Assembly: GCA_947631385.1 (NCBI GenBank) | Contig: CANRLE010000002.1 | Coordinates: 1-58,466, forward strand | Source: an uncultured Clostridia bacterium | Lineage (GTDB): Bacteria; Bacillota; Clostridia; TANB77; CAG-508 | Direction: 5' to 3' | DNA length: 58,466 nucleotides | Shown here: piece after piece, positions 38,857 through 48,381 of the stretch | Layout of the letters: each line of letters begins with the position of its first letter | Numbering within the stretch: the first letter of the stretch is position 1 | Position numbers and translations under genes: made by a program | Notes under the pieces: generated by a model | Seen by the model: only the letters and a program-made list of their open reading frames with translations | Database searches by the model: none | What the model was told of the DNA's origin: nothing

Positions 38857-39648
38857 ATGATAGACATGCATTCACACATACTACCAAATATCGATGATGG
38901 CTCAAGAAGTGTAGAAGAAACCTTTCAATTAATTGAAGAAGCCCAGAAAGTGGGCTTTGAAGCAATTATATCGACTTCACATTATATGGAAGGTTATTAT
39001 GAAACAGCTGCACCAGAAAGGGAAGTATGGATAAATAGCATTTATCAAAAATTTCAAGAACAAAATGGAAATATAAAATTATATTTAGGAAGTGAAGTAT
39101 ATTTTTCTGAAAACATCATAACTTTATTAGAGGAAGGTAAGGCATCTACGATTAATGATACTAGTTATGTTTTATTTGAAATGCCATTAAATGCGGAACC
39201 AATGAACCTATATGATGTTATATACGAAATGTTGCAACATAAATTAGTTCCAATATTAGCACATCCAGAAAGATATAGTTTTATTCAAAAAGAGCCAGAA
39301 TTAGTATATGATTTAATTCAAAAAGGTGTTTATATGCAAGCTAATTATGGAAGCATTGTAGGACAGTATGGTGAAAAAGCACAATTGTTAGTGAAAAAAT
39401 TATTAATGAATAATATGATACATTTCTTAGGAAGTGATGTTCATAGAAGAAATACAGTATATCCTAGAATACCACATATTTTAGAAGAATTAAAAAAATT
39501 AATAGGAGAAGAAAAATTAGAACAATTGACATCAGTAAATCCTAAATTAGTATTACAAAACAAAAGAGTAGATATGGGAGAACCAACTCCAATAGAATTA
39601 ACATGGAAAGAAAAAATTTTAATGAAATTAAAAAAGCAAAAAAATTAG
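38857..39648 (+). CDS. PHP-family protein-tyrosine phosphatase (CpsB/YwqE-type)
   Basis: MIDMHSHILPNIDDGS, TSHY, LAHPERY, GSDVH motifs. Confidence 0.85.
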   Translation: MIDMHSHILPNIDDGSRSVEETFQLIEEAQKVGFEAIISTSHYMEGYYETAAPEREVWINSIYQKFQEQNGNIKLYLGSEVYFSENIITLLEEGKASTINDTSYVLFEMPLNAEPMNLYDVIYEMLQHKLVPILAHPERYSFIQKEPELVYDLIQKGVYMQANYGSIVGQYGEKAQLLVKKLLMNNMIHFLGSDVHRRNTVYPRIPHILEELKKLIGEEKLEQLTSVNPKLVLQNKRVDMGEPTPIELTWKEKILMKLKKQKN

Positions 39649-39667
39649 ATGAAAAGGAAATTATGTT

Positions 39668-41029
39668 ATGAGAAAGTATTTTGGTACAGATGGAATAAGA
39701 AGAATAGCTAATACAGAATTAACACCTGAATTAGTATATAAAGTAGCTAAGGCGGGAGCATATGTTTTATCTAAACATACAGATCATATACCTACAATTT
39801 TAATAGGTAGAGACACACGTATATCAGGGACTTTAATTGAAAGTGCTATGGTAGCAGGATTTTTAAGCTATGGTGCGAATGTAAAATTGTTAGGAGTGAT
39901 ACCAACTCCAGCAGTAGCATATTTAACTAGAAAATTAAAAGCAGATGCAAGTGTAGTGATATCAGCTTCTCACAATACTTTTGAATTTAATGGTATAAAA
40001 TATTTCAGCAATAAAGGAACTAAAATACCAGATAGTTTAGAAGAAGAAATTGAAGAAGTAATGGATTCTGGAAAATTAGATGAATTAACAGCAGTAAATG
40101 AAAAAATTGGTGTTTCTGAATATTGCTTAGATTTAATTGATGAATATGTTTATTTCTTTAGAAAACATTTTGATGATATCATAGAAGATAATAAAAAAGA
40201 AGATTTTATTGTTGGTATAGATACTGCAAATGGTGCTACATCATATATTGCAGAAAAAGTATTTAAAGCATTAGGAATACCATATAAAATTATAAACAAT
40301 AACCCAGATGGAATTAACATCAATAAAGACTGTGGTTCAACACATTTAGAAGGTTTGAAGAAATTTGTTGTAGAAAATAAATTAAACTTAGGAATAGCTT
40401 ATGATGGTGATGGGGACAGATGTCTTGCAATAGATGAAAATGGAAATGAAATAGACGGAGACAAATTATTAGCAATTATATCAAGTAATTTAAGACAAAA
40501 AGGAAAACTAAGTAAAGATACTATAGTTGCAACTGTAATGAGTAATTTAGGATTAAAAAAATATGCAACTAATAATGGATTACAACTAATTCAAACTAAA
40601 GTTGGAGACCGTTATGTATTAGAAGAAATGTTAAAAAATGGTTATAATTTAGGAGGGGAACAGTCAGGACATATTATTTTATTAGACTATAATCCTACAG
40701 GAGATGGAATTTTAACATCTCTAATGCTAATTCAAACTATGTTAGAACAAAACAAAAAGGCATCTGAATTAGGAGATACAGTTAGATTATATCCACAAGT
40801 TTTAATAAATGCGAAAGTAGATAATGATAAGAAATATGATTATGATAAAGATGAAACTATAAAAAATGCTATTGAAAAATTAGAAGAAGAATTTGCAGGA
40901 AATGGAAGAGTATTAATAAGGCCATCTGGAACAGAACCTTTAGTCAGAGTAATGATAGAAGGAGAAGATCAAAAATACATTACAGAAAAAGCTGAAGAAA
41001 TTGCGAAACTAATAGAAGAAAGATTGTAA
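39668..41029 (+). CDS. glmM: Phosphoglucosamine mutase
   Basis: YFGTDGIRR, active-site ISASHNTFEFNGIKYF, DGDGDRC, GGEQSGH. Confidence 0.9.
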   Translation: MRKYFGTDGIRRIANTELTPELVYKVAKAGAYVLSKHTDHIPTILIGRDTRISGTLIESAMVAGFLSYGANVKLLGVIPTPAVAYLTRKLKADASVVISASHNTFEFNGIKYFSNKGTKIPDSLEEEIEEVMDSGKLDELTAVNEKIGVSEYCLDLIDEYVYFFRKHFDDIIEDNKKEDFIVGIDTANGATSYIAEKVFKALGIPYKIINNNPDGININKDCGSTHLEGLKKFVVENKLNLGIAYDGDGDRCLAIDENGNEIDGDKLLAIISSNLRQKGKLSKDTIVATVMSNLGLKKYATNNGLQLIQTKVGDRYVLEEMLKNGYNLGGEQSGHIILLDYNPTGDGILTSLMLIQTMLEQNKKASELGDTVRLYPQVLINAKVDNDKKYDYDKDETIKNAIEKLEEEFAGNGRVLIRPSGTEPLVRVMIEGEDQKYITEKAEEIAKLIEERL

Positions 41030-41137
41030 GAATAATGTAATGAAAATGTCATAAAAAAGTAATATAAAAGCAATTGCTAAAATACACAAATAGTGATAGT
41101 ATAAAAACAGAAACAAAAGAAAATGGAGGTAGTGTTA

Positions 41138-41476
41138 ATGTTTATTTTTGATATATCAAACCCATTAACATTGGTACTAATGTTAGCTGCAACAATACTA
41201 TTGGTGTTCTTATCACAAGAAATAAAAAAGAGTTATATATCTGCTGTAATGTTATTTGCTTATTTAATAATATTGATAGTACATGTGGCACAAATAGCTA
41301 CTTTATCAGAAGAATTTAGATATATGTTATCAACTTTATCTAGATGTATTGTAATTGATTTTATATTTGTTGTAGTAAGCTTTTTCTCTTACTTATGGGT
41401 AGATGACTTAGAAGCTAAAATGGGAAAGAAGAAGAGCATTGATAACAGCTTAGATTGGTTGTGGAAAAAAGTATAA
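41138..41476 (+). CDS. Small membrane protein (3 TM), unknown function
   Basis: GGAGG at 41125-41129 favours the ATG at 41138. Hydrophobic profile. Confidence 0.5.
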   Translation: MFIFDISNPLTLVLMLAATILLVFLSQEIKKSYISAVMLFAYLIILIVHVAQIATLSEEFRYMLSTLSRCIVIDFIFVVVSFFSYLWVDDLEAKMGKKKSIDNSLDWLWKKV

Positions 41477-41488
41477 GAAACGGAAAAT

Positions 41489-41526
41489 GCGGATTTGGGG
41501 ACGGCCTCATAATCCGTATTTTTTTG
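41489..41526 (+). terminator. Rho-independent terminator with a GC-rich core (copy 1 of a repeated element)
   Basis: Hairpin gcggatttgggg-acgg-cctcataatccgt followed by T7. The core matches 55159-55183 at 24/25 nt. Confidence 0.7.
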
Positions 41527-41571
41527 TATAAAAAAATTAATTTATAATAACTTCTTGCTTTTGGAAAATAA

Positions 41572-41600
41572 TTGAATTTATAGCAAATTTATGATATAAA
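41572..41600 (+). promoter_or_regulatory. Candidate sigma-A promoter (TTGAAT-17 nt-TATAAA) for the DUF1016 gene
   Basis: Read directly. The 27-nt palindrome lies just downstream. Confidence 0.35.
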
Positions 41601-41613
41601 TAAGTAAAATATG

Positions 41614-41640
41614 AATTTTGCAGCATGATGTTGCAAAATT
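41614..41640. repeat. 27-nt palindrome aattttgcagcat-g-atgttgcaaaatt (copy 1, 5' leader)
   Basis: 13-nt arms complementary with one G-T position. A second copy lies at 41948-41974. Confidence 0.85.
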
Positions 41641-41657
41641 TAAAATGGAGGAAAATC

Positions 41658-42737
41658 ATGGAAGATTTGACAAATATTATTAATGATGATAAATATTTTA
41701 TATTTTTAAATGAAATAAAAAATGATATAATTTCAACGAGGAGAAGAGTTTTGTCTCAAGCAAACAATGAAGTTATATTAATGTATTACCGAATTGGAAA
41801 AGGACTAATAAACAATAGTAAATATGGAAATAGTTTTATAAATACTTTAGCAAAAGACTTAAAATTAGAATTCCCAGACATGCATGGATTATCTGCAAGA
41901 AATTTAAGATATATGAAGAAATTTGCAAAAGAGTTTGAATATGATTCAATTTTGCAGCATAATGTTGCAAAATTGCCATGGACAACAATAACAACAATTA
42001 TGGATAAAATAAAAGATACAAATGAAAGAATATGGTATGTAAATAAAACATTAGAAAATTTATGGTCTAGAACAATACTTGAACATCAAATTGCAACAAA
42101 TCTATATAGTAGACAAGCATTATTAAATAATAAAATAAGCAATTATAGGGAAACATTACCAACAGAACTTGGAAAAAGAGCTTTGGAAATGCTAAAAGAT
42201 CCATATATTTTTGATATTGAAGGTTATGGAACAGCACCATTAGAAAAAGACATAGAAGACGCACTAGTTTCTAATATAACTAATTTACTTTTAGAGTTTG
42301 GGAATGGTTTTGCTTTTGTTGGAAGGCAATACCATTTGGAGGTTGAAGGAGAAGACTATTATATAGACTTATTATTTTATAATTTAAATTTAAAATGCTA
42401 TGTGATAGTAGAATTAAAAACTGTAAAATTCATACCAGAATTTGCAGGAAAATTAAACTTTTATTTAAATGCAGTAGACATGCTGTTAAAGAAAGAGGAC
42501 GATAATCCAACAATAGGAATTTTACTATGTAGGGATGAACACAAATTAACTGCTGAATTGGCTTTAAAAGATGTAAATAAACCAATAGGGGTAGCTGAAT
42601 ATAAATATGTACAGGAAGTTCCAGAATATTTAGCAAATAGCTTGCCGAGTATTGAAACACTAGAGAAAAGGCTAAATAATAAAGAGAAGTTGCAAGGAGA
42701 AAACAATGAAAGCAAAAAAAGTAGAAGAAATATTTAG
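41658..42737 (+). CDS. DUF1016 (YhcG-like) PD-(D/E)XK nuclease-family protein
   Basis: GGAGG RBS before ATG 41658. VAKLPWTTI, WSRTILEHQI, KDPYIFD, and FAFVGRQYHLEVEGEDYYIDLLFYNLNLKCYVIVELK (a D...E-x-K nuclease core). Confidence 0.75.
   Translation: MEDLTNIINDDKYFIFLNEIKNDIISTRRRVLSQANNEVILMYYRIGKGLINNSKYGNSFINTLAKDLKLEFPDMHGLSARNLRYMKKFAKEFEYDSILQHNVAKLPWTTITTIMDKIKDTNERIWYVNKTLENLWSRTILEHQIATNLYSRQALLNNKISNYRETLPTELGKRALEMLKDPYIFDIEGYGTAPLEKDIEDALVSNITNLLLEFGNGFAFVGRQYHLEVEGEDYYIDLLFYNLNLKCYVIVELKTVKFIPEFAGKLNFYLNAVDMLLKKEDDNPTIGILLCRDEHKLTAELALKDVNKPIGVAEYKYVQEVPEYLANSLPSIETLEKRLNNKEKLQGENNESKKSRRNI
41948..41974. repeat. 27-nt palindrome aattttgcagcat-a-atgttgcaaaatt (copy 2, inside the DUF1016 CDS)
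   Basis: Identical to copy 1 except for the central nucleotide. Encodes ILQHNVAKL. Confidence 0.85.
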
Positions 42738-45700
42738 TGATTACAAAACAAACTCGAACATCAAATATGCTGAAGTACGAAGTTTAAACATAATAAAAAA
42801 AACAAATACATTGCAAGTTATACTATATTTAGACGAATACATAGAAATCAAAGAAATTTGGTACTTTGAAAACTTTTTAAAACAAAGATTTCAATTTGAA
42901 CATATTGATGTAAAAATAGAATATCATGAAAAAGTAGAAAAAAAACCAATTCCAGAAGAATGGAAAAGTATCATAGCATATATGTCACACAAATATCCTT
43001 TAACAAAACCAATGTTATTATTAAAAAGTGACGTAACAGTAGAAGGAAACACAATAAAAATTCAAATGCATATAAAAGGTGCTGATTTCTTAAAAGCCAA
43101 AAGAACGGATAAAGAATTACAAAAAACTATATACAACCTATTTGGAGAAGAGTATGCTATTGACATTACTGAAAAATTATCAATAGAAGAAATAGATGAC
43201 ATCCGTGAAAAGATACAAAAAGAACAAGAACAAATAATAGCTAATATAGAAGAAAGCAAGCAGGCAGTAGAAACAAGCGAAGAAGTACCAGAATACAATG
43301 ATGTAGACTATGCACCTCCAACTGATATGGACATTGATGGTAGTATATATCCTATGGAAGAACAAGAATATATTATAGGAAAACCTTCTAAGGCAAAAGA
43401 TAAATACATTAAAATCAAAGATATAACAGCAAATGATGGAAGAGTTACATTAGAAGGAAGAATAGTTACATCTGAAGTAAGAGAAACAAAATCAGGAAAA
43501 GGGATGATAATCTTTGAATTATATGATGGTACTGGGACAATTACTTGTAAATCATTTGCCAAAGATTATGAAGAAGGAAAAGAAATTGCAGAAAAAATAA
43601 AAAAGGTACAAGCAATAAAAACTATTGGAAAAGCAGGATTAGATGCATATGCAGGGGATATTACAATAATGTCAAATAGTGTAATAGCAACAAATAGTGA
43701 AGTACCAGAATTACCAGCAGAAGAAGAACAAGCAGATACACCACAAATATTAGGAGCTACAACAAATATTACAGACCCTTTAGTAAAAGTAGGAGATTTA
43801 GGGGTAGATGATGGAAAAATAGCATTACAAGGTGAAGTCATTTATACAGAAGAAAAAACTTTAAAATCAGGGAAGACTTTATTTAGTTTTGATTTATATG
43901 ATGGGACAAGTACAATTACATGTAAAGCTTTTTTAAACAAAGAAACAGCAAAAAAGACAATGAATCGAATTCAAAATGCAAAAGGAATAAAATTAGCTGG
44001 AACTGTTCAAATGGATAGTTTTTCAAATGAACTTACAGTAATGGCAAATACGATTATAGAAACAGATGGATTGAAAAAAGAAACAAGACAGGACAATAGC
44101 GAAGTAAAAAGAGTAGAATTACATATGCATACTCAAATGAGTCAAATGGATGCTATGACATCAGCGAAAGATTTGATTAAAAGAGCAATGAAATGGGGAA
44201 TGAAATCTATTGCAATTACTGACCATGGAGTTGTACAAGCTTTTCCAGAGGCACATAAAATGTTAGGATATGATAATCCTGATATGAAAATTCTATATGG
44301 AGTAGAGGCATATTTAGCACCAGACAAAAATCCAATAGTAACAAATACAAAAGGTCAAGATATTGACACTACTTATTGTGTGCTTGATTTAGAAACAACA
44401 GGATTTTCCGCAGTTAGTGAAAGAATCACAGAAGTGGGAATTATGAAAATAAAAAATGGAGAAGTTATTGATGAATTTAGTTGTTTTGTAAATCCAGAAA
44501 AGCACATTCCACAAAGAGTAACAGAAGTTACTAATATAACAGATGATATGGTAAAAGATGCAGAAACAATTGAAAAAGTATTTCCAAAAATTTTGGAATT
44601 TGTAAAAGATTCAGTTTTAGTAGCACATAATGCACCATTTGATATAGGCTTTTTAAAGCAAAATGCAAAAAATTTAGGATATGAATTTGATTATACTTAT
44701 TTAGACACATTAAGTTTAGCAAAAGACCTATTTCCTGATTATAAAAAATATAAACTAGGGAAGATAGCAGAAAATTTAGGAATAAAGGTAGAAGTAGCAC
44801 ATCGTGCTTTAGATGATGTAGATACTACTGTAAAAGTATTTAATGTAATGCTAAAAATGTTAAAAGAAAGAGGAGCTAAAAAACTAGATGATATTGACCA
44901 AGTAAGTATGACAGAAGAAGCAAAAAAAGAGGAATATAAAAAACTAAAAACATATCATGCAATAATTCTTGCTAAAAATTATATAGGATTACGAAATTTA
45001 TATAGATTGGTATCACTTTCTCACTTAGATTATTTTTATCGTAAGCCTAGAATTTTGAAAAGTTTATATAAAAAATATTCAGAGGGGTTGATTTTAGGTA
45101 GTGCTTGTGAAGCAGGAGAATTATATCAGGCAATTGAATTAGGAAAAACAGATGAAGAGATAGAAGATATAGCTAACGATTATGACTATTTAGAAATTCA
45201 ACCAATTGGTAATAATCAATTTTTAATTCGAAATGGTATTGTAAAAGATGAAGAAGCATTAAGAGATATTAATAGACAAATTGTTGCATTAGGTGAGAAA
45301 TTAAATAAACCAGTAGTAGCAACTGGTGATGTACATTTTATGGACCCACAAGATGAAATATATAGACGTATTTTAGAGGCAGGGCAAGGATATGAGGATG
45401 CAGATAATCAAGCACCATTATATTTGAGAACAACAGAAGAAATGTTAGAAGAATTTAGCTATTTAGGAAAAGAAAAAGCCTATGAAGTGGTTGTTACAAA
45501 TACTAATTTAATTGCTGATATGTGTGATCAAATTAGTCCAATTTCGCCAGAAAAATGTCCACCTCACATACCGGGATGTGAGCAAACAATAAAGGATATT
45601 GCTTATAAAAAGGCTCATGAATTATATGGAGATCCTTTACCAGACATTGTGCAAGAAAGATTAGATAAAGAATTAGATTCAATTATTAGAAATGGCTTTT

Positions 45701-47442
45701 CGGTTATGTATATAATAGCACAAAAATTAGTATGGAAATCAAATGAAGATGGCTATATTGTAGGGTCAAGAGGCTCTGTAGGTTCTTCATTTGCAGCTAA
45801 TATGACAGGAATTACAGAAGTAAATTCTTTACCGCCACATTATAGATGTCCTAATTGTAAATACTCTGATTTTACGGATTATGGCTATAAAAATGGATTT
45901 GATTTACCAGACAAAACATGTCCAAAATGCGGACAACCATTATCTAAAGATGGAATGGATATACCATTTGAAACATTTTTAGGATTCAATGGAGATAAAG
46001 AGCCAGATATTGATTTGAACTTCTCAGGAGAATATCAAGCAAAAGCACATAAATATACAGAAGTTATTTTTGGAAAAGGTACTACATTTAAAGCTGGCAC
46101 AATTGGTACTGTGGCAGATAAGACGGCTTATGGATATGTAAAAAAATATTTTGAAGAAAGGCATATTCCAATTAATAGAGCTGAAACACAAAGGTTAGCA
46201 GCAGGATGTACAGGAATAAAAAGAACAACAGGTCAGCATCCGGGAGGAATAATAGTTGTACCAAAAGGAAGAGAAATTTATGAATTTTGTCCTGTACAAC
46301 ATCCAGCAGATGACCCAAACTCTGATATTGTAACTACACATTTTGATTATCATTCAATTGACCAAAATTTATTAAAACTTGATATTTTAGGGCATGATGA
46401 TCCAACTATGATAAGGATGTTACAAGATATAACAGGAAAAGATCCAACAAAAGTACCTTTAGACGATAAGGAAACAATGTCTATTTTTAGTTCTACTAAA
46501 GCACTAGGTGTAACACCAGAGCAAATACATTCAGAAGTAGGAAGTTTTGGTGTACCAGAATTTGGAACTAAGTTTGTAAGAGGAATGTTAGTAGATACAA
46601 GACCAACTACATTTGATGAGTTAATTAGGATTTCAGGACTATCCCACGGTACTGATGTATGGTTAGGAAATGCACAGAGCTTGATAGAATCAGGAACAGT
46701 AACATTACAAGATGCTATTTGTTGTCGTGATGATATTATGATTTATTTAATAAAACAAGGACTACCATCAAATTCAGCTTTTAAGATTATGGAACAAGTT
46801 CGTAAAGGAAAAGCTTTGAAAGACCCAGAAAAGTGGGCAGAGTATACAGCTTTGATGAAAGAACACAATGTGCCAGATTGGTATATTAAATCTTGCGAAA
46901 AAATAAAATACATGTTCCCCAAAGCCCATGCAGCAGCGTATGTGACAAATGCTTTTCGTATTGCATGGTTTAAAGTTCATGAACCACTTGCTTATTATGC
47001 AGCATATTTTTCAATCAGAGCAGATGAATTTGATAGTGAATATATGATTTATGGAAAAGAAAAAGTAAAAAATAAAATGAAGGAAATTGATTTAGAAGGA
47101 AATTCCGCAACTGTAAAAGATAAAAATATGTATGCAATATTAGAATTAGTATTAGAAATGTATGAGAGAGGATACAACTTTTTGCCAATTGATTTATATA
47201 AATCTCATGCGACAAAATTTTTAGTAGAAGAAGATGGAATTAGGCCACCATTAAACAGTATACCGGGATTAGGAACTGTTGCGGCTCAAGGAATTGCTAC
47301 TGCAAGGGAAGATGGAAAATTCATGTCAATTGACGATTTAAAAATACGTTCTAAAGTAGGTGTATCAGTAACAGATTTACTAAAAAAATTTGGTTGCCTA
47401 GACGGTATGAGCCAAAGCAACCAAATGAGCTTATTTGCTTAA
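42706..47442 (+). CDS. polC: DNA polymerase III alpha subunit, PolC type, with a duplicated OB-fold domain
   Basis: PHP (VELHMHTQMSQMDA), DEDD exonuclease (YCVLDLETTGFS...HNAPFDIGFL...HRALDD), Zn-finger CPNCKY...CPKCG and polymerase core (GSRGSVGSS, PDIDLNF). At 1578 aa it is about 130 aa longer than the ~1430-1450 aa I recall as typical. GGAGA RBS. Overlaps the upstream CDS by 32 nt. Confidence 0.95.
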   Translation: MKAKKVEEIFSDYKTNSNIKYAEVRSLNIIKKTNTLQVILYLDEYIEIKEIWYFENFLKQRFQFEHIDVKIEYHEKVEKKPIPEEWKSIIAYMSHKYPLTKPMLLLKSDVTVEGNTIKIQMHIKGADFLKAKRTDKELQKTIYNLFGEEYAIDITEKLSIEEIDDIREKIQKEQEQIIANIEESKQAVETSEEVPEYNDVDYAPPTDMDIDGSIYPMEEQEYIIGKPSKAKDKYIKIKDITANDGRVTLEGRIVTSEVRETKSGKGMIIFELYDGTGTITCKSFAKDYEEGKEIAEKIKKVQAIKTIGKAGLDAYAGDITIMSNSVIATNSEVPELPAEEEQADTPQILGATTNITDPLVKVGDLGVDDGKIALQGEVIYTEEKTLKSGKTLFSFDLYDGTSTITCKAFLNKETAKKTMNRIQNAKGIKLAGTVQMDSFSNELTVMANTIIETDGLKKETRQDNSEVKRVELHMHTQMSQMDAMTSAKDLIKRAMKWGMKSIAITDHGVVQAFPEAHKMLGYDNPDMKILYGVEAYLAPDKNPIVTNTKGQDIDTTYCVLDLETTGFSAVSERITEVGIMKIKNGEVIDEFSCFVNPEKHIPQRVTEVTNITDDMVKDAETIEKVFPKILEFVKDSVLVAHNAPFDIGFLKQNAKNLGYEFDYTYLDTLSLAKDLFPDYKKYKLGKIAENLGIKVEVAHRALDDVDTTVKVFNVMLKMLKERGAKKLDDIDQVSMTEEAKKEEYKKLKTYHAIILAKNYIGLRNLYRLVSLSHLDYFYRKPRILKSLYKKYSEGLILGSACEAGELYQAIELGKTDEEIEDIANDYDYLEIQPIGNNQFLIRNGIVKDEEALRDINRQIVALGEKLNKPVVATGDVHFMDPQDEIYRRILEAGQGYEDADNQAPLYLRTTEEMLEEFSYLGKEKAYEVVVTNTNLIADMCDQISPISPEKCPPHIPGCEQTIKDIAYKKAHELYGDPLPDIVQERLDKELDSIIRNGFSVMYIIAQKLVWKSNEDGYIVGSRGSVGSSFAANMTGITEVNSLPPHYRCPNCKYSDFTDYGYKNGFDLPDKTCPKCGQPLSKDGMDIPFETFLGFNGDKEPDIDLNFSGEYQAKAHKYTEVIFGKGTTFKAGTIGTVADKTAYGYVKKYFEERHIPINRAETQRLAAGCTGIKRTTGQHPGGIIVVPKGREIYEFCPVQHPADDPNSDIVTTHFDYHSIDQNLLKLDILGHDDPTMIRMLQDITGKDPTKVPLDDKETMSIFSSTKALGVTPEQIHSEVGSFGVPEFGTKFVRGMLVDTRPTTFDELIRISGLSHGTDVWLGNAQSLIESGTVTLQDAICCRDDIMIYLIKQGLPSNSAFKIMEQVRKGKALKDPEKWAEYTALMKEHNVPDWYIKSCEKIKYMFPKAHAAAYVTNAFRIAWFKVHEPLAYYAAYFSIRADEFDSEYMIYGKEKVKNKMKEIDLEGNSATVKDKNMYAILELVLEMYERGYNFLPIDLYKSHATKFLVEEDGIRPPLNSIPGLGTVAAQGIATAREDGKFMSIDDLKIRSKVGVSVTDLLKKFGCLDGMSQSNQMSLFA

Positions 47443-47448
47443 TTTTAA

Positions 47449-48249
47449 TTATTTATATCGATAGAACACGAAATGAGTATTTTGTGTTCTATTAATATTG
47501 TAATCATAAATTGATTTTCCTTCAATTTCTAAAGGTATATCTAAAAAGATTGTACTTTTAAATTCTTCATCTAAATTATTTGTAATATAAATATCAAATG
47601 ACAAACTGCAAGAAATGGAACTTAATGGAACATTGCATCTTTTTAAAAGTGAACCATCATAAGTAATTGGAGTAGATGTATCTGTTATTGTGTAATCAGT
47701 TTTTATATTTTGATTTATGTAGCTAAGTGTAATAGGATTTGCTAAATTGTTATATAAAGTAGGTGTATTTAAGTCAGCTTCATTTTCAGATGTAATTGTA
47801 AAATCAAAAGAATCAGCAATTTCATTTTGTTCTAGTAAATCACTTTTAGCAAATTGCTCTAGTCCTTTAAAATACATTTTAGGTTGTCCCATTTCTGGGG
47901 GTGAAGTAAATTTTAAATCGCGAATACTTACTTTTTTTAAAGTATTTTCAGCTGTTTTCTCCTCGGCAGATGAATGATTTATAAAAAGTGCAATATCAGT
48001 ATATTGATACAAGTTTTCTATTGTAAAATTAGTGCGAGAACTACTTTTATTTTTAGCATCACAATTACTAAAAAAAACAACTTTATTAATCTCAAAAACA
48101 GTTTTATTATTTTTATTTGCAAATGATAAAACATCTTTTTCTAGACTAGTTTTTAATACATATTTTTGAAATAGTAAATAAGCAAGTATAAATACGATGA
48201 AAAATAGTATAAAAACAATTATAGTTAAAATTATTTTTTTCTTTTTCAT
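47449..48249 (-). CDS. Membrane-anchored extracytoplasmic protein, unknown function (only minus-strand gene)
   Basis: AGGAGG RBS upstream of ATG (complement of 48247-48249). N-terminal TM, then a beta-rich Asn/Thr/Ser-rich region. No recognisable motif. Confidence 0.6.
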   Translation of the reverse strand: MKKKKIILTIIVFILFFIVFILAYLLFQKYVLKTSLEKDVLSFANKNNKTVFEINKVVFFSNCDAKNKSSSRTNFTIENLYQYTDIALFINHSSAEEKTAENTLKKVSIRDLKFTSPPEMGQPKMYFKGLEQFAKSDLLEQNEIADSFDFTITSENEADLNTPTLYNNLANPITLSYINQNIKTDYTITDTSTPITYDGSLLKRCNVPLSSISCSLSFDIYITNNLDEEFKSTIFLDIPLEIEGKSIYDYNINRTQNTHFVFYRYK

Positions 48250-48336
48250 AAATTCCTCCTTTGTGAACAATTATATAATATTATAAATTTATAATAAAAT
48301 CAAGATAAGTAAACATTATTTTCCATCTTATATCAA

Positions 48337-48365
48337 TTGACAAAAAAAATAAGAAAAGGTAAAAT
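48337..48365 (+). promoter_or_regulatory. Sigma-A-type promoter (TTGACA-17 nt-TAAAAT)
   Basis: Read directly. The ORF track's TTG start at 48337 is actually the -35 box. Confidence 0.55.
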
Positions 48366-48381
48366 TATAATAGGTGATTAT

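Noticed and set aside
38526-38871. Minus-strand ORFs antisense to the BY-kinase tail
   Set aside because: They are a consequence of the Lys/Asn-rich (AAA/AAT) sense sequence. The products are Phe/Leu-rich with no start context.
31262-41078. Shared A/T-rich 12-15-mers upstream of surface genes (tgtaacaataat at 31262 and 33888; aaaaagtaatataaa at about 33875 and 41065) as a possible common operator
   Set aside because: By rough estimate, tens of identical A/T-rich 15-mer pairs are expected by chance in 58 kb at this base composition. The order and spacing of the motifs are not conserved.
41658-42737. DUF1016 PD-(D/E)XK nuclease as part of a phage-defence or restriction system
   Set aside because: It is solitary. 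No methyltransferase, helicase, ATPase or toxin-antitoxin partner is adjacent. The neighbours are glmM, a small membrane protein and polC.
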